Below, piece by piece: positions 19,137 through 28,974 of a DNA stretch of 53,489 nucleotides (positions are counted from its first letter, which is position 1; the number at the start of each line of letters is the position of its first letter). Made by a program: the position numbers and the translations under genes. The DNA is from Gammaproteobacteria bacterium (GTDB lineage Bacteria; Pseudomonadota; Gammaproteobacteria; HyVt-429), in assembly GCA_022340345.1 (NCBI GenBank), contig JAJDOE010000103.1, positions 1 to 53,489 of the forward strand, written 5' to 3'. The notes under the pieces were generated by a model. It saw nothing but the letters and a program-made list of their open reading frames with translations. It had not been told where the DNA came from and searched no databases.

Positions 19137-20144
19137 CTAGGCGGATTCGGCCTCGGTCTTTCGTTTCGTCGTCGACCTGCGCGCCGAGGGTTGCAGGGCC
19201 TCCCGAATCCGGTAGGCGGGCCGTTCTTCCATGTGTCGGCGGCTGATCATGTCCGCAACGAAACCGGTGAACACCATCTGCAGGCCCACGACGATCAGCA
19301 GCACGCCCAGCAGCAGTAGCGGGCGGTCCTTGACCAGCTGCCCGTAGACCAGCCGTTCCACGCTCAGCCACAGGCTGATGCCGACGCCCACCAGGAAGGT
19401 CAGTGTGCCAAACAGCCCGAACACGCGCATGGGATGCGTGGCGAACCGCGTCAGGAAGGCCACGGTGAGCAGGTCGAGAAACCCGTTGAGGTAGCGCTCC
19501 ATTCCGAATTTGGTGTGTCCATGCCGCCGGGCCCGGTGGTTGACCACTTTTTCGGCGATGCGGGTGTAGCCCTGGCGTTTGGCCAGCAGCGGGATGTAGC
19601 GGTGCATCTCGCCGTAGATATGCAGCTCCTTCACCACCTCCAGACGGTAGGCCTTCAGACCACAATTGAAATCGTGCAACCGGATTCCGGAGATCCACCG
19701 CGTGATGGAGTTGAAAAACCGGCTGGGCAGGGTTTTGCTCAGGCGGTCCTGGCGTTTCCGTTTCCAGCCGCTGACCAGGTCGTGGCCCTCTTCAAGCACG
19801 GCCAGCAGCGCCGGGATCTCGTTCGGATCGTCCTGCAGATCCGCGTCCATGGTGACGACGTAGCGACCACGGGCATGTTCGAACCCGGCCGCCAGAGCTG
19901 CGCTCTTGCCGTAGTTCATCCGGAAGCGAATCCCGGCAAAGCGCGGGTCCTGCCGGTGCAGTTCCTCGATGACGGTCCAGGAGCCATCCTGCGAACCGTC
20001 GTCCACCAGCCAGACCTCGAAGCGCAGGGAAGCGGCCGCGCAGGCGGCCCGGATCTGGTCGGCGAGTTCGGCCAGGGATTCTTCCTCATCGTAGACCGGC
20101 ACGACGACGGTCACATCGATGTCGGGCTGCGGCGTGGCAGGCAT
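19137..20144 (-). CDS. Glycosyltransferase family 2 (ArnC/GtrB-like polyprenol-phosphate glycosyltransferase)
   Basis: Motifs VVVPVYDEEESL, VDDGSQD, NYGKSAAL and MDADLQDDP, plus two C-terminal transmembrane helices. Confidence 0.92.
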   Translation of the reverse strand: MPATPQPDIDVTVVVPVYDEEESLAELADQIRAACAAASLRFEVWLVDDGSQDGSWTVIEELHRQDPRFAGIRFRMNYGKSAALAAGFEHARGRYVVTMDADLQDDPNEIPALLAVLEEGHDLVSGWKRKRQDRLSKTLPSRFFNSITRWISGIRLHDFNCGLKAYRLEVVKELHIYGEMHRYIPLLAKRQGYTRIAEKVVNHRARRHGHTKFGMERYLNGFLDLLTVAFLTRFATHPMRVFGLFGTLTFLVGVGISLWLSVERLVYGQLVKDRPLLLLGVLLIVVGLQMVFTGFVADMISRRHMEERPAYRIREALQPSARRSTTKRKTEAESA

Positions 20145-20167
20145 GATCAGGCGCGACGGCGGGCGAT

Positions 20168-21115
20168 TCAGCGACCGGCTTTGCGTCGCCAGCGGGAGAG
20201 ACGATCGTGCCGGGGCGCCAGCATCGCCGGCGCCACATCCTCCAGGGCGGTGGGTCGGATACCGAACAGCCGTGTCAGGGCGTCGCCTCCGCAAACGCTG
20301 GCTTGTTGCAGGCTCTGGTAGTTATCCATGGAAAACAGCTTGCCGGGCAGCCGCTCCAGCAAACGCGCCTGCAGGCGGGACAGCCCCGGCGGCAGACCCC
20401 AGATGATGCGGCGCACACCGGCGTATTGCCCCGCCAGGGCGACGATCTGCGCGAGGCGGTATACCCGCGGCCCGCACAACTCAATGCTGCGTCCCAGGGT
20501 GCGGCTGTCGGCGATGCTGGAGACGAAGGCCTGTGCCACGTCGCCGACGAACACCGGCTGCATGCGGGCGTCCGGGCAGGCCAGTGGAAACACCAGGGGA
20601 ATGCGTCGTAGTAGCTCAGCGAAACGCTGCAGCAGGCCATCCCCGGGACCGAAGATCACCGAGGGACGGAAACAGGTTACCGCCAGACCGTCGCCGTGGG
20701 CCGCCAGCACATGCTGTTCCGCAATGCCCTTGCTGCGCAGGTAGTGGCTCGGAGCGGCCGGGTCCGCGTTCAGGGAACTCATGTGCAGCAGTCGCGGTAC
20801 TCCGCTTTGCCGGCAGGCATCAAGGATGCGATCCGCCAGATCCACGTGGGTGCGCTCGAAGCCCTGCCCGGAACGGCCCGTCTCGTTGAGGATTCCCACC
20901 AGGTTGATGACGACCTGTGCGCGCTGGAAATGGGTGCGCAGTATCGCCAGGTCCGCCGGGTGGCCACGCACCACGTTCAGGCGGGGCAGCACCAGCAGGT
21001 TCGGATCGGCGTCACGCTGGCGGCTGACTACCGTGACCTGGTGGCCGGCCGCGGACAGCTGTGAACAAAGACAGCGGCCGACAAAGCCGGATCCGCCTAG
21101 AACTACCACGCGCAT
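20168..21115 (-). CDS. Complex I NDUFA9-like NAD(P)-binding SDR protein
   Basis: Motifs VLGGSGFVG, VINLVGIL, SHYLRSKG and RPSVIFG. Confidence 0.9.
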   Translation of the reverse strand: MRVVVLGGSGFVGRCLCSQLSAAGHQVTVVSRQRDADPNLLVLPRLNVVRGHPADLAILRTHFQRAQVVINLVGILNETGRSGQGFERTHVDLADRILDACRQSGVPRLLHMSSLNADPAAPSHYLRSKGIAEQHVLAAHGDGLAVTCFRPSVIFGPGDGLLQRFAELLRRIPLVFPLACPDARMQPVFVGDVAQAFVSSIADSRTLGRSIELCGPRVYRLAQIVALAGQYAGVRRIIWGLPPGLSRLQARLLERLPGKLFSMDNYQSLQQASVCGGDALTRLFGIRPTALEDVAPAMLAPRHDRLSRWRRKAGR

Positions 21116-21182
21116 GCTGGAAACAGCGATTCCCTGAGAATTATGGATGGAGTATGGCGAGGCTGGAGGTGGGTTGCCAGAC

Positions 21183-21827
21183 TCAGGCGCCAAACCGCGC
21201 CAGGTATTCGCGAATCGCCGCCAGCTGGCCGGCCCGTTGGGGATCTCCGGCGAGGAATTCGACCAGCGTGTCCAGCCCGGCGATGGCCTGTACCGGAAAT
21301 CCGTTGCGCTGGGCCACCGCGGCGGCGGCGCTCAACTCGCCTTCGGCGGCGCGTTCCTGTCGGTCCAGGGCGATGAATACCCCGGCGGGCTGCGCGCCGG
21401 CGGCGCGGATACGCTGCACCGAGGCATCCACGGACAGCCCGGCGGAAATCACGTCGTCCACGATCAGTACCCGGCCCGCCAGCGGCGCGCCGATGATGCT
21501 GCCACCCTCGCCATGATCCTTGGCTTCCTTGCGGTCAAAGGCGAAAGGCAGGTCGCGATCGTGTTGCTGGGCCAGGGCGATGGCCACGGCGGTGGCCAGC
21601 GGGATGCCCTTGTAGGCGGGACCGAACAGCATGTCGAAGTCCGGTCCGTTCTCAACGATAGCGCGGGCGTAAAAACGCCCCAGGCGCGCAATGGCGGCGC
21701 CGGTGCGGAACAATCCGGAATTGAAAAAGTATGGACTCTTGCGGCCGGATTTGAGGGTGAAATCGCCGAACCGCAGTACCCCGGTCTCCAGGGCGAAGGC
21801 GAGAAAATCACGTTGATAGTCTTTCAC
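21183..21827 (-). CDS. pyrE: Orotate phosphoribosyltransferase
   Basis: Motifs [34 protein letters not shown] and IVDDVISAG. Confidence 0.98.
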   Translation of the reverse strand: MKDYQRDFLAFALETGVLRFGDFTLKSGRKSPYFFNSGLFRTGAAIARLGRFYARAIVENGPDFDMLFGPAYKGIPLATAVAIALAQQHDRDLPFAFDRKEAKDHGEGGSIIGAPLAGRVLIVDDVISAGLSVDASVQRIRAAGAQPAGVFIALDRQERAAEGELSAAAAVAQRNGFPVQAIAGLDTLVEFLAGDPQRAGQLAAIREYLARFGA

Positions 21828-21982
21828 GGGCGTGGAGTCTAACAGGCCCCAATGACATGGCGCAGGCTCCGATTCTGGGCTTGGGAGGGTTCGCCGGGCG
21901 ACCCCGAATGAGCCGAAGTAAAGCGCGGGATCCTCCCTTCGGTCGTCTTTGCGAAGTTGGATTTCTGGTAGCCTGCGTGGCC

Positions 21983-22756
21983 ATGCGCATCATCACCCTG
22001 AATGCCAACGGCCTGCGTTCGGCGGCGCGCAAGGGCTTTTATCCGTGGCTGGCACGCCAGCGTGCGGACGTCGTTTGCCTGCAGGAGATTCGCGCCGGCG
22101 AGGAACAGCTCGCCGGGCCGGAACACCAACCGCGCCCCTTCCGGCGTTTCCTGTTTCCCGCCCAGCGGCCCGGCTATGCCGGGGTGGCGGTGTTCAGTCG
22201 CGCGGAGCCCGACCGCGTAGTCCACGGCTTCGGCGATCCGGTGGCGGACGCGGAAGGGCGCTACCTGCAACTGGATTTTCCCGGCTGGAGCATCGCCAGC
22301 GTGTACTTTCCCTCGGGCTCCAGCGGCGAAGCACGCCAGGCGGAGAAATTCCGCTTCCTGGAGGTGTTCCTCGGCCACCTGCAGGCGCTGGTCGCCAGCG
22401 GCCGCGAGTGGCTGCTGTGCGGTGACCTGAACATCGCCCACAAGGCCATCGACCTGAAGAACTGGCGCGGCAACCAGAAGAACTCCGGCTTCCTGCCGGA
22501 GGAGCGCGCCTGGCTGGACACGGTATTTGACGCAGTGGGATTCGTCGACGTTTTCCGGCGCCTCAACGATCGCGAGGAGCAGTACACCTGGTGGTCCAAT
22601 CGGGGGCGCGCCTGGGACAATAACGTGGGCTGGCGGCTGGACTACCAGATTGCAACCCCGGGGCTTGCGGCACGGGCCACCCGGGAGCGGATTTATACCC
22701 GGCAACGTTTTTCCGATCACGCGCCGCTGATCATCGACTACCGGGAGCCGAAGTGA
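21983..22756 (+). CDS. xth: Exodeoxyribonuclease III family AP endonuclease
   Basis: Motifs [28 protein letters not shown] and FSDHAP. Confidence 0.9.
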   Translation: MRIITLNANGLRSAARKGFYPWLARQRADVVCLQEIRAGEEQLAGPEHQPRPFRRFLFPAQRPGYAGVAVFSRAEPDRVVHGFGDPVADAEGRYLQLDFPGWSIASVYFPSGSSGEARQAEKFRFLEVFLGHLQALVASGREWLLCGDLNIAHKAIDLKNWRGNQKNSGFLPEERAWLDTVFDAVGFVDVFRRLNDREEQYTWWSNRGRAWDNNVGWRLDYQIATPGLAARATRERIYTRQRFSDHAPLIIDYREPK

Positions 22757-24114
22757 CGGATACCACCCGTAGCTGGGGCGAGGCGCTGTCCCTTTATACG
22801 CGTCCGCGGGTCCTCGCCATGCTATTCCTTGGCTTCTCCGCCGGGCTGCCACTGCTGCTGGTGTTTGGCACCCTGTCCGCCTGGCTGCGCACCGCCGGGG
22901 TGGATCGCAGCACCATCGGCCACGTTTCCTGGGTGGCGTTGCTGTACGGCCTCAAGTTTGTCTGGGCTCCGCTGGTGGACCGCCTGGATCTCCCGCTGCT
23001 GACCCGCTGGCTGGGCCACCGCCGTAGCTGGATGCTGCTGGCCCAGCTCGGGGTGATCGCCGGTTTGTGCCTGATGGCGGTCCAGGACCCGGGCAGCGGG
23101 CTGGCGCTGCTGATATGGGCGGCGCTGCTGGTAGCCTTCGCTTCCGCCACCCAGGACATCAGCATCGATGCCTGGCGTATCGAGGCGGTCAGCGTGGACT
23201 GGCAAGGGGCGATGGCGGCTACCTACCAGATCGGTTACCGGCTGGGCATGATCCTGGCGGGCGCCGGGGCCCTGTACCTGGCGGAGTACCGTTCCTGGAG
23301 CTTCGCCTATACCGGCATGGCCGTGGCCATGGTGGTGGGAGTGCTTACCACGCTGCTGATTCCGGAGCCGGAGCGACAGGTCAGCGAAGAGACCTGGCGT
23401 CGCGAACAACGGGTGGTGGATTTTCTGGAACACTCCGACCACTGGCCGGCGTGGGCCCGTGAGCTGGTGGCGTGGCTGCTGGGGGCGGTGGTATGCCCGT
23501 TCGTGGATTTTTTCGCCCGCAACGGTCGCCTGGCGCTGGTGATCCTGGCATTCATCGGCCTGTTCCGGCTCAGCGACATCACCATGGGGGTGATGGCAAA
23601 TCCCTTTTACATCGACCTGGGCTTCACGCTCACCCAGATCGCCAATGTCTCTAAAGTGTTCGGTGTGGTGATGACCATGCTGGGAGCGGCGCTCGGCGGG
23701 GTGCTGGTGGCCCGCTACGGGGTCATGCGCATACTGCTGCTGGCAGCGGTGCTGGTGGCGCTCACCAACCTGGTGTTCGCCGGGCTCGCCAGCCAGGGAC
23801 CGGACGTGGGGCTGCTGGTGCTGGTGATCAGCGGTGACAACCTGAGCGGCGGCATGGCCGGGTCGGCATTTATTGCCTACCTGTCGGGACTCACCAATCG
23901 GGCCTACACGGCCACCCAGTACGCCCTGTTCAGTTCCCTGATGTTGTTGCCGGCGAAGTTTCTGGGCGGATTTTCCGGGGACGTGGCGGATGCCCTTGGT
24001 TACGAACTGTTCTTTATCTACGCCGCGGTGCTGGGACTGCCGGCGATTGCGCTGGTGATTTACCTGATGCGTGTACACCGGCGTCGCGCAGGCTTGCCAA
24101 GCGACCACCCATGA
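22753..24114 (+). CDS. ampG: AmpG family muropeptide MFS permease
   Basis: Motifs LGFSAGLP, LKFVWAPLVD, ATQDISIDAWRIE and TATQYALFSS. Confidence 0.93.
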   Translation: MTDTTRSWGEALSLYTRPRVLAMLFLGFSAGLPLLLVFGTLSAWLRTAGVDRSTIGHVSWVALLYGLKFVWAPLVDRLDLPLLTRWLGHRRSWMLLAQLGVIAGLCLMAVQDPGSGLALLIWAALLVAFASATQDISIDAWRIEAVSVDWQGAMAATYQIGYRLGMILAGAGALYLAEYRSWSFAYTGMAVAMVVGVLTTLLIPEPERQVSEETWRREQRVVDFLEHSDHWPAWARELVAWLLGAVVCPFVDFFARNGRLALVILAFIGLFRLSDITMGVMANPFYIDLGFTLTQIANVSKVFGVVMTMLGAALGGVLVARYGVMRILLLAAVLVALTNLVFAGLASQGPDVGLLVLVISGDNLSGGMAGSAFIAYLSGLTNRAYTATQYALFSSLMLLPAKFLGGFSGDVADALGYELFFIYAAVLGLPAIALVIYLMRVHRRRAGLPSDHP

Positions 24115-24165
24115 TCCGCAGCGCAGCGGAGGATCCCCACCGCTGGTTCGGAGCGGAACGGGACG

Positions 24166-24771
24166 TTACCGCCGCGTAAACCGGTACAGCGCGATTTCGC
24201 CCAGCAGGTTCGGCAACAACCGCAGCCCGAGACTGCCGCGGTGGGCCCGGTCCACCGCACGGCGTTCCAGAACGTGCATTCCGAGTTCCCGGCACAGCAC
24301 CTCGAAATCACGCATGGTGCACAGGTGAATATTCGGAGTATCAAACCACTGCCAGGGAAGTGTTTTGGTGACCGGCATGCGGCCGGCGGCCAGTTGCAGC
24401 CGGTTCCGCCAGTGCCCGAAGTTGGGGAAGGTCACGATGCCCTGGGTGCCCACTCGCAGCATTTCCTCCAGCAGTTGGTGCGGATGGGCGATGGCTTGCA
24501 GGGTCAGGGACAACACCACGAAATCGAAGGAGTTGTCATCAAACTCCGACAGGCCCCGGTCGATGTCGCTGTGGATGACGTTGATTCCATTGCGGATGCA
24601 GTTGGGAATCGCCTCCATACTCAGCTCCATGCCGTAGCCACGCGCGGCTTTCTCCCGTACCAGGTGACCCAGCAATTCACCGTCGCCGCAGCCCAGGTCG
24701 AGCACACTGCTGCCAGCGGGAATCCAGTCCACCAGGATGGCGTAGTCCGGGCGCAGGGTCTTAACCGCCAT
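24166..24771 (-). CDS. metW: Methionine biosynthesis protein MetW
   Basis: Motifs [16 protein letters not shown] and TPNIHLCT. Directly downstream of metX. Confidence 0.95.
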   Translation of the reverse strand: MAVKTLRPDYAILVDWIPAGSSVLDLGCGDGELLGHLVREKAARGYGMELSMEAIPNCIRNGINVIHSDIDRGLSEFDDNSFDFVVLSLTLQAIAHPHQLLEEMLRVGTQGIVTFPNFGHWRNRLQLAAGRMPVTKTLPWQWFDTPNIHLCTMRDFEVLCRELGMHVLERRAVDRAHRGSLGLRLLPNLLGEIALYRFTRR

Positions 24772-25918
24772 CGGCAAGCTCCCCGGCCACTCGTTCCATG
24801 TACGCCAGCATCACTTCCCGGTAGGCCGGGATCTTCATCAGGAATGCGTCGTGCCCGTGGGGACATTCGATCTCCGCGTAGCTGACATCGAAGTCGTTGT
24901 CGTGCAGGGCTTTGACGATCTCCCGGGAGCGGGCCGGAGAAAAACGCCAGTCGCTGGTGAATGACACCACCAGAAACTTCGCCTTCGCCGGCCGAAGAGC
25001 CTCCGCCAGCCTGCCGCCGCAGGCGCCTGCTGGGTCGTAGTAATCCAGGGCCTTGGTCATGAGGATGTAGGTATTGGCGTCGAAACTCCCGACAAAGGAA
25101 TCGCCCTGGTAGCGCAGGTAGCTTTCCACCTCGAATTCCACGTTTTCCAGGTCGAAACTGATTCGCCCCTCGCGCAGATCGCGGCCAAATTTCTCGCGCA
25201 TCACGTCGTCGGACAGGTAGGTGATGTGGCCGAGCATGCGCGCGATGCGCAGGCCCCGCCCGGGCTGGGTGCCGCGCTCCAGGTAGAAACCGTCCTGGAA
25301 ATCCGGATCGCTGCGGATCGCCTGGCGGGCCACTTCGTTGAAAGCGATATTCTGGGCGGTGAGTCGAGGCGCCGCGGCGATGACAATGGCATGGGCCACC
25401 CGCTCCGGGTAATCCATCGACCACTGCAACACCTGCATGCCGCCCAGGCTGCCGCCGAGCACGGCCCGCCAGCAATCGACGCCCAGGGCGTCCGCCAGCC
25501 GCGCCTGGCTTTCGACCCAGTCGCGCACCGTGACGATGGGAAAGGCCGGTCCCCAGACCTTGCCGGTGTCGGGGTTGGTGCTGGCAGGGCCGGTGGAGCC
25601 GGAGCAGCCACCCAGGTTGTTGAGGCTGACGACGAAAAAACGCCGGGTATCCAGCACCTTGCCGGGGCCGATCAGGTTGTCCCACCAGCCCGCTTTGCGG
25701 TCCGCGGGATCGTGGAAGCCCGCGGCGTGGTGATCGCCGCTCAGGGCATGGCACACCAGGATCGCGTTGTCGCGTTGCGGTGACAGCGTGCCGTAGGTCT
25801 CGTACACCAGGTCATAGGCCGCCAGCGTCTCCCCACTCGACAGCCGCAGTGGCGCGTCGAAGTGCAGCCGCTGTGGCGTGACGATGCCGACGGAATCGGC
25901 GGGGATGGTCTCGGGCAT
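24761..25918 (-). CDS. metX: Homoserine O-acyltransferase MetX (acetyl vs succinyl specificity not determined)
   Basis: Motifs CHALSG, GGSLGGM, FDANTY and HGHDAFL. Confidence 0.96.
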   Translation of the reverse strand: MPETIPADSVGIVTPQRLHFDAPLRLSSGETLAAYDLVYETYGTLSPQRDNAILVCHALSGDHHAAGFHDPADRKAGWWDNLIGPGKVLDTRRFFVVSLNNLGGCSGSTGPASTNPDTGKVWGPAFPIVTVRDWVESQARLADALGVDCWRAVLGGSLGGMQVLQWSMDYPERVAHAIVIAAAPRLTAQNIAFNEVARQAIRSDPDFQDGFYLERGTQPGRGLRIARMLGHITYLSDDVMREKFGRDLREGRISFDLENVEFEVESYLRYQGDSFVGSFDANTYILMTKALDYYDPAGACGGRLAEALRPAKAKFLVVSFTSDWRFSPARSREIVKALHDNDFDVSYAEIECPHGHDAFLMKIPAYREVMLAYMERVAGELADGG

Positions 25919-25945
25919 GAAGGAGGCCTCGTCCGTGGGGCGCGT

Positions 25946-25974
25946 ATTATGCGGTCCGTAATCCCGGCGGTCGA
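25946..25974 (-). promoter_or_regulatory. Putative sigma70 promoter of metX
   Basis: The minus strand reads TCGACC-N17-CATAAT, followed by a GC-rich discriminator. Confidence 0.45.
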
Positions 25975-26061
25975 GGTGCGGGGGCCGGAAGCGGTCCGCC
26001 GTCACCGCGGGAATGGAGCGCTCGCATCCGACGAGCCCGGTCAGCAGGGTGGCGCGCGCCG

Positions 26062-26085
26062 CGGACCTGCCTCGCGGTAGGTCCG
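26062..26085. terminator. Hairpin immediately after the dynamin-like gene
   Basis: CGGACCT...AGGTCCG stem with a GCGA tetraloop on the minus strand. There is no U-tract on the minus strand, so a terminator role is uncertain. Confidence 0.35.
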
Positions 26086-26089
26086 GTTT

Positions 26090-28042
26090 TCAGTGCTTCT
26101 GGACCGGCGGCTGGTATACGCGCTCCATCATCGCCTGCATCTGCGCGCCCTGCAGTTCGAGTTCGGTTACCTCTTTTTTGAGCTCACGCACGCGGGCGCC
26201 CAGGTGGGCGTAGTCTTTCTCGATCTGTTCGAAATTCTGCACCCGCCGATCAATCATGACCTTGTGTTCCTGGATCTGGGTGTAGACCGGAACCAGGATC
26301 GACTTGGCCCAGGTCTTGGTGGACTGGCCGCACTGGTTGAAGATCTCCCTCGCCTGGGAGGCGAGGGTGATGAAGAACTTCTTGATCACGAAATGCTGTT
26401 CGCTCATGAGCATGGCGGCGCTGTTGCGGAAGGCTTCGCCCTCGACTTCCAGCCGGCGCATGTCCTTGCGGAACTGCAGCACGGACAGGTTGCTGGGTCG
26501 TAGCCGCGGCAGGCCGTGTTCGGCGTGGAAGCGGTTATAGACCTCGTCCACCAGCGCCTTCAGTTTGCGTGCATCTTCGTGAACCCGGTCCATGCGCTTG
26601 GAGGAACCACGAAAAAAAATCTCCATGCCGCGCCGCAGACCCTGGGTGGTCCAGCTTTGCTGCATGGACTTGCGGGTTTCATCCATCAGCTTGTCGAAGC
26701 TCGTCATGCTCATGTGCGAGAGCATCTTTCGGATCTGGTCCGATAGCAGGCGGCGGGTGACTTCGAAGCTCTCCACTTCCTTGTCGTAGAGCTTTTTCTG
26801 GTCACGCAGGCGCTGGGTCATCTGCTTGAGTACTTTTTCGTTTTTGCCGCGCACCGCTTGCAAGTCATTGAGTTCGGCGCGGGCCGCGTCCAGGCGGGTT
26901 TGCAGGGTCACGCGGGTGCCCTGCATCATGCCGCCGATTTCGTTGATGACCTTCTCGCGCACCAATGCCCGCTTGGCGGCCACGATCTCTCCCGAAAGCT
27001 TGGCTTCCAGGCGCTCCAGCCCGCTGCGTTTCACCAGTTCCGCATCGCCTTTGACCCGCCCCAGCAAGGCCTTTTGCGCCGACACCGGGAACACATTACT
27101 GCGCGGAATCCCCAGGGTTTTTACCGCCTCCTCGCACTGGGAATCGATGGTGGCGGCCACATCGGCTTCGGGCCGCAGATCGTCCCACAGGGTGTCTACC
27201 TTGTTGAGAATGGCCACACAGCCCTTGGCGTCGGGTCCCGCGGCGATGCGCACGTGGTTCTGCCACACGTCCAGGTCGCTGCGGGTGACCCCGGTATCCG
27301 CCGCCAGCACGAACAGCACCGCGTGGGCATTGGGAAGCATCGACAGGGTCAGCTCCGGCTCGCTTCCCAGGGCATTCAGGCCCGGGGTATCGAGGATGGC
27401 CAGGCCTCGTTTCAGTAGCGGATGCGGGTAGTTAATGATCGCGTGCCGCCAGACGGGAATTTCGAAGGTGTCGGCCTTGCGGTCGTCGTCCGGCGGCGTC
27501 AGTCCCAGTTCTTCCAGTTCCCGGCGGGTGGCCTGCTTGGTGCGTACGATTTCCGATAGCGTGTCTGCCATGTTGTCGGCGGATTTCAGGTCCAGCGGCA
27601 ACACCGTCCAGTTGATGGGCTCGCGCTTGTATTCGGCGATGGTCGTGCCGGTCTTGCGGGTCTCGATGGGCAGCAGCATCACGCCGGGTTGCTGGTCTTC
27701 GTTGTACAGGATTTCCGTCGGGCACATCGTGGTTCGGCCCGCGGTGGAGGGCAGCAGGCGCCGACGGTAGTCGGCAAAGAACATGGCATTGATGAGTTCG
27801 GTCTTGCCGCGCGAAAATTCCGCCACCAGGGCTACCAGCAGGCGTTCGCTCTTGAGCGATTCCGCCAGCTCGAAGATGCGCAATTCGTCTTCCGCCTCGG
27901 ACACCCCCTCGGCCTGCACCCATTCCTGGTATTGGCGGATGTCCGTGACCAGCGCATCCCGCCACTCCCGGTAGTCCCCCAGGGTGTCAATCAGGCGACC
28001 GGCATCGGCCGCGGTTGCAGTAGATGGATCAGCTTCGAGCAT
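26090..28042 (-). CDS. Dynamin-like GTPase family protein
   Basis: G1 variant VAEFSRGKT, G2 GRTTMCPT, G3 LDTPG, G4 LNKVD, then a long helical C-terminus. The start could be 28048. Confidence 0.85.
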   Translation of the reverse strand: MLEADPSTATAADAGRLIDTLGDYREWRDALVTDIRQYQEWVQAEGVSEAEDELRIFELAESLKSERLLVALVAEFSRGKTELINAMFFADYRRRLLPSTAGRTTMCPTEILYNEDQQPGVMLLPIETRKTGTTIAEYKREPINWTVLPLDLKSADNMADTLSEIVRTKQATRRELEELGLTPPDDDRKADTFEIPVWRHAIINYPHPLLKRGLAILDTPGLNALGSEPELTLSMLPNAHAVLFVLAADTGVTRSDLDVWQNHVRIAAGPDAKGCVAILNKVDTLWDDLRPEADVAATIDSQCEEAVKTLGIPRSNVFPVSAQKALLGRVKGDAELVKRSGLERLEAKLSGEIVAAKRALVREKVINEIGGMMQGTRVTLQTRLDAARAELNDLQAVRGKNEKVLKQMTQRLRDQKKLYDKEVESFEVTRRLLSDQIRKMLSHMSMTSFDKLMDETRKSMQQSWTTQGLRRGMEIFFRGSSKRMDRVHEDARKLKALVDEVYNRFHAEHGLPRLRPSNLSVLQFRKDMRRLEVEGEAFRNSAAMLMSEQHFVIKKFFITLASQAREIFNQCGQSTKTWAKSILVPVYTQIQEHKVMIDRRVQNFEQIEKDYAHLGARVRELKKEVTELELQGAQMQAMMERVYQPPVQKH

Positions 28043-28087
28043 GCACAAATATCCCAGCCTATACAGCGAATTGTAGACGTTTTCCGG

Positions 28088-28399
28088 CTATGAATCGGAT
28101 GCTGGCCCGATGGCCAGCGCTTCTGGCAGGACGGCCGGTTGCCGGATGAGCACCTGTTTGCGCCGCGAGGCCAGCCCGCGGCGCAGCTCCACGCGCCCGG
28201 GGGCGACGCCGAAGGCCTGGCCCAGGAAACGTTGCAGGCGTTGGTTCGCACGACCGTCCACCGGCGGGCCGGCGATACGCAAGCGCAGCCGGTCCCCGTA
28301 GGGCCCGGCGAAGGCGTCGTCGCGGGCACCCGGTTGCACCTGCAGGTCCAGTAGCAGGTCACCGTTTTGCCAGCGGTACCAGGGGGTGTTGTTGCTCAT
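28088..28399 (-). CDS. yggU: DUF167/YggU family protein
   Basis: Motifs VQPGA, PPVDGRAN and GLASRRK. Confidence 0.93.
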   Translation of the reverse strand: MSNNTPWYRWQNGDLLLDLQVQPGARDDAFAGPYGDRLRLRIAGPPVDGRANQRLQRFLGQAFGVAPGRVELRRGLASRRKQVLIRQPAVLPEALAIGPASDS

Positions 28400-28974
28400 A
28401 TCAGCGCGCGCCCCAGGTCCAGCAGCGGAGCGATCACCAACCTGCGAACCAGTTCCAGCACGATGAACGCGAACAGCGGGGACAGGTCCAGGCCACCCAG
28501 GTCCGGCAGCCAGCGGCGCAGGGGGGCAAGCATCGGTTCGCTCAGGGAGATCAAAACGCCACCCATTGGGCTGTAGTACGCCTGCGGGTTGATCCAGCTG
28601 AGCACCACCCGGATCAGGATCACGATAATCAGGATCCAGACCACCAGCTGGGCGAGTTCCGCCAGGCCCAGTACCGCCAGCCCCACCGGCTGGCTGCCCA
28701 GACCGAAGATCAGCCGCAGTGCCAGCAGCTTGACCATCTCCAGCAGCCAGGCCAGCACCAGGCTGGCCAGGTCCATCCCCCACAGACCGGGGATGACACG
28801 GCGCAGCGGAATCAGCGGCGGGTTGGTGACCCGGACCAGCGCCTGGGAGAACGGGTTGTAGAAATCGGCGCGTGCCCATTGCAGCAGGAAGCGGAGCATC
28901 AGCGCCAGGATGTACAGGCTGAACAGCGTGTCGATCAGGAACAGCCCTGCGTTTCCGACGTAATTGCCGCTCAC
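28396..28974 (-). CDS. yggT: YggT family membrane protein
   Basis: Two YggT repeats: RADFYNPFSQ...TNP and LSW...EPMLAPLRR...GGLDLSP. Confidence 0.95.
   Translation of the reverse strand: MSGNYVGNAGLFLIDTLFSLYILALMLRFLLQWARADFYNPFSQALVRVTNPPLIPLRRVIPGLWGMDLASLVLAWLLEMVKLLALRLIFGLGSQPVGLAVLGLAELAQLVVWILIIVILIRVVLSWINPQAYYSPMGGVLISLSEPMLAPLRRWLPDLGGLDLSPLFAFIVLELVRRLVIAPLLDLGRALI

Noticed and set aside
21983-22756. crc assignment
   Set aside because: The catalytic residues are intact, unlike in Crc.
25919-26089. SAM or SAH riboswitch upstream of metX
   Set aside because: I could not match a consensus on the coding strand, and the putative promoter lies too close to the start to leave room. 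An Rfam scan would settle it.
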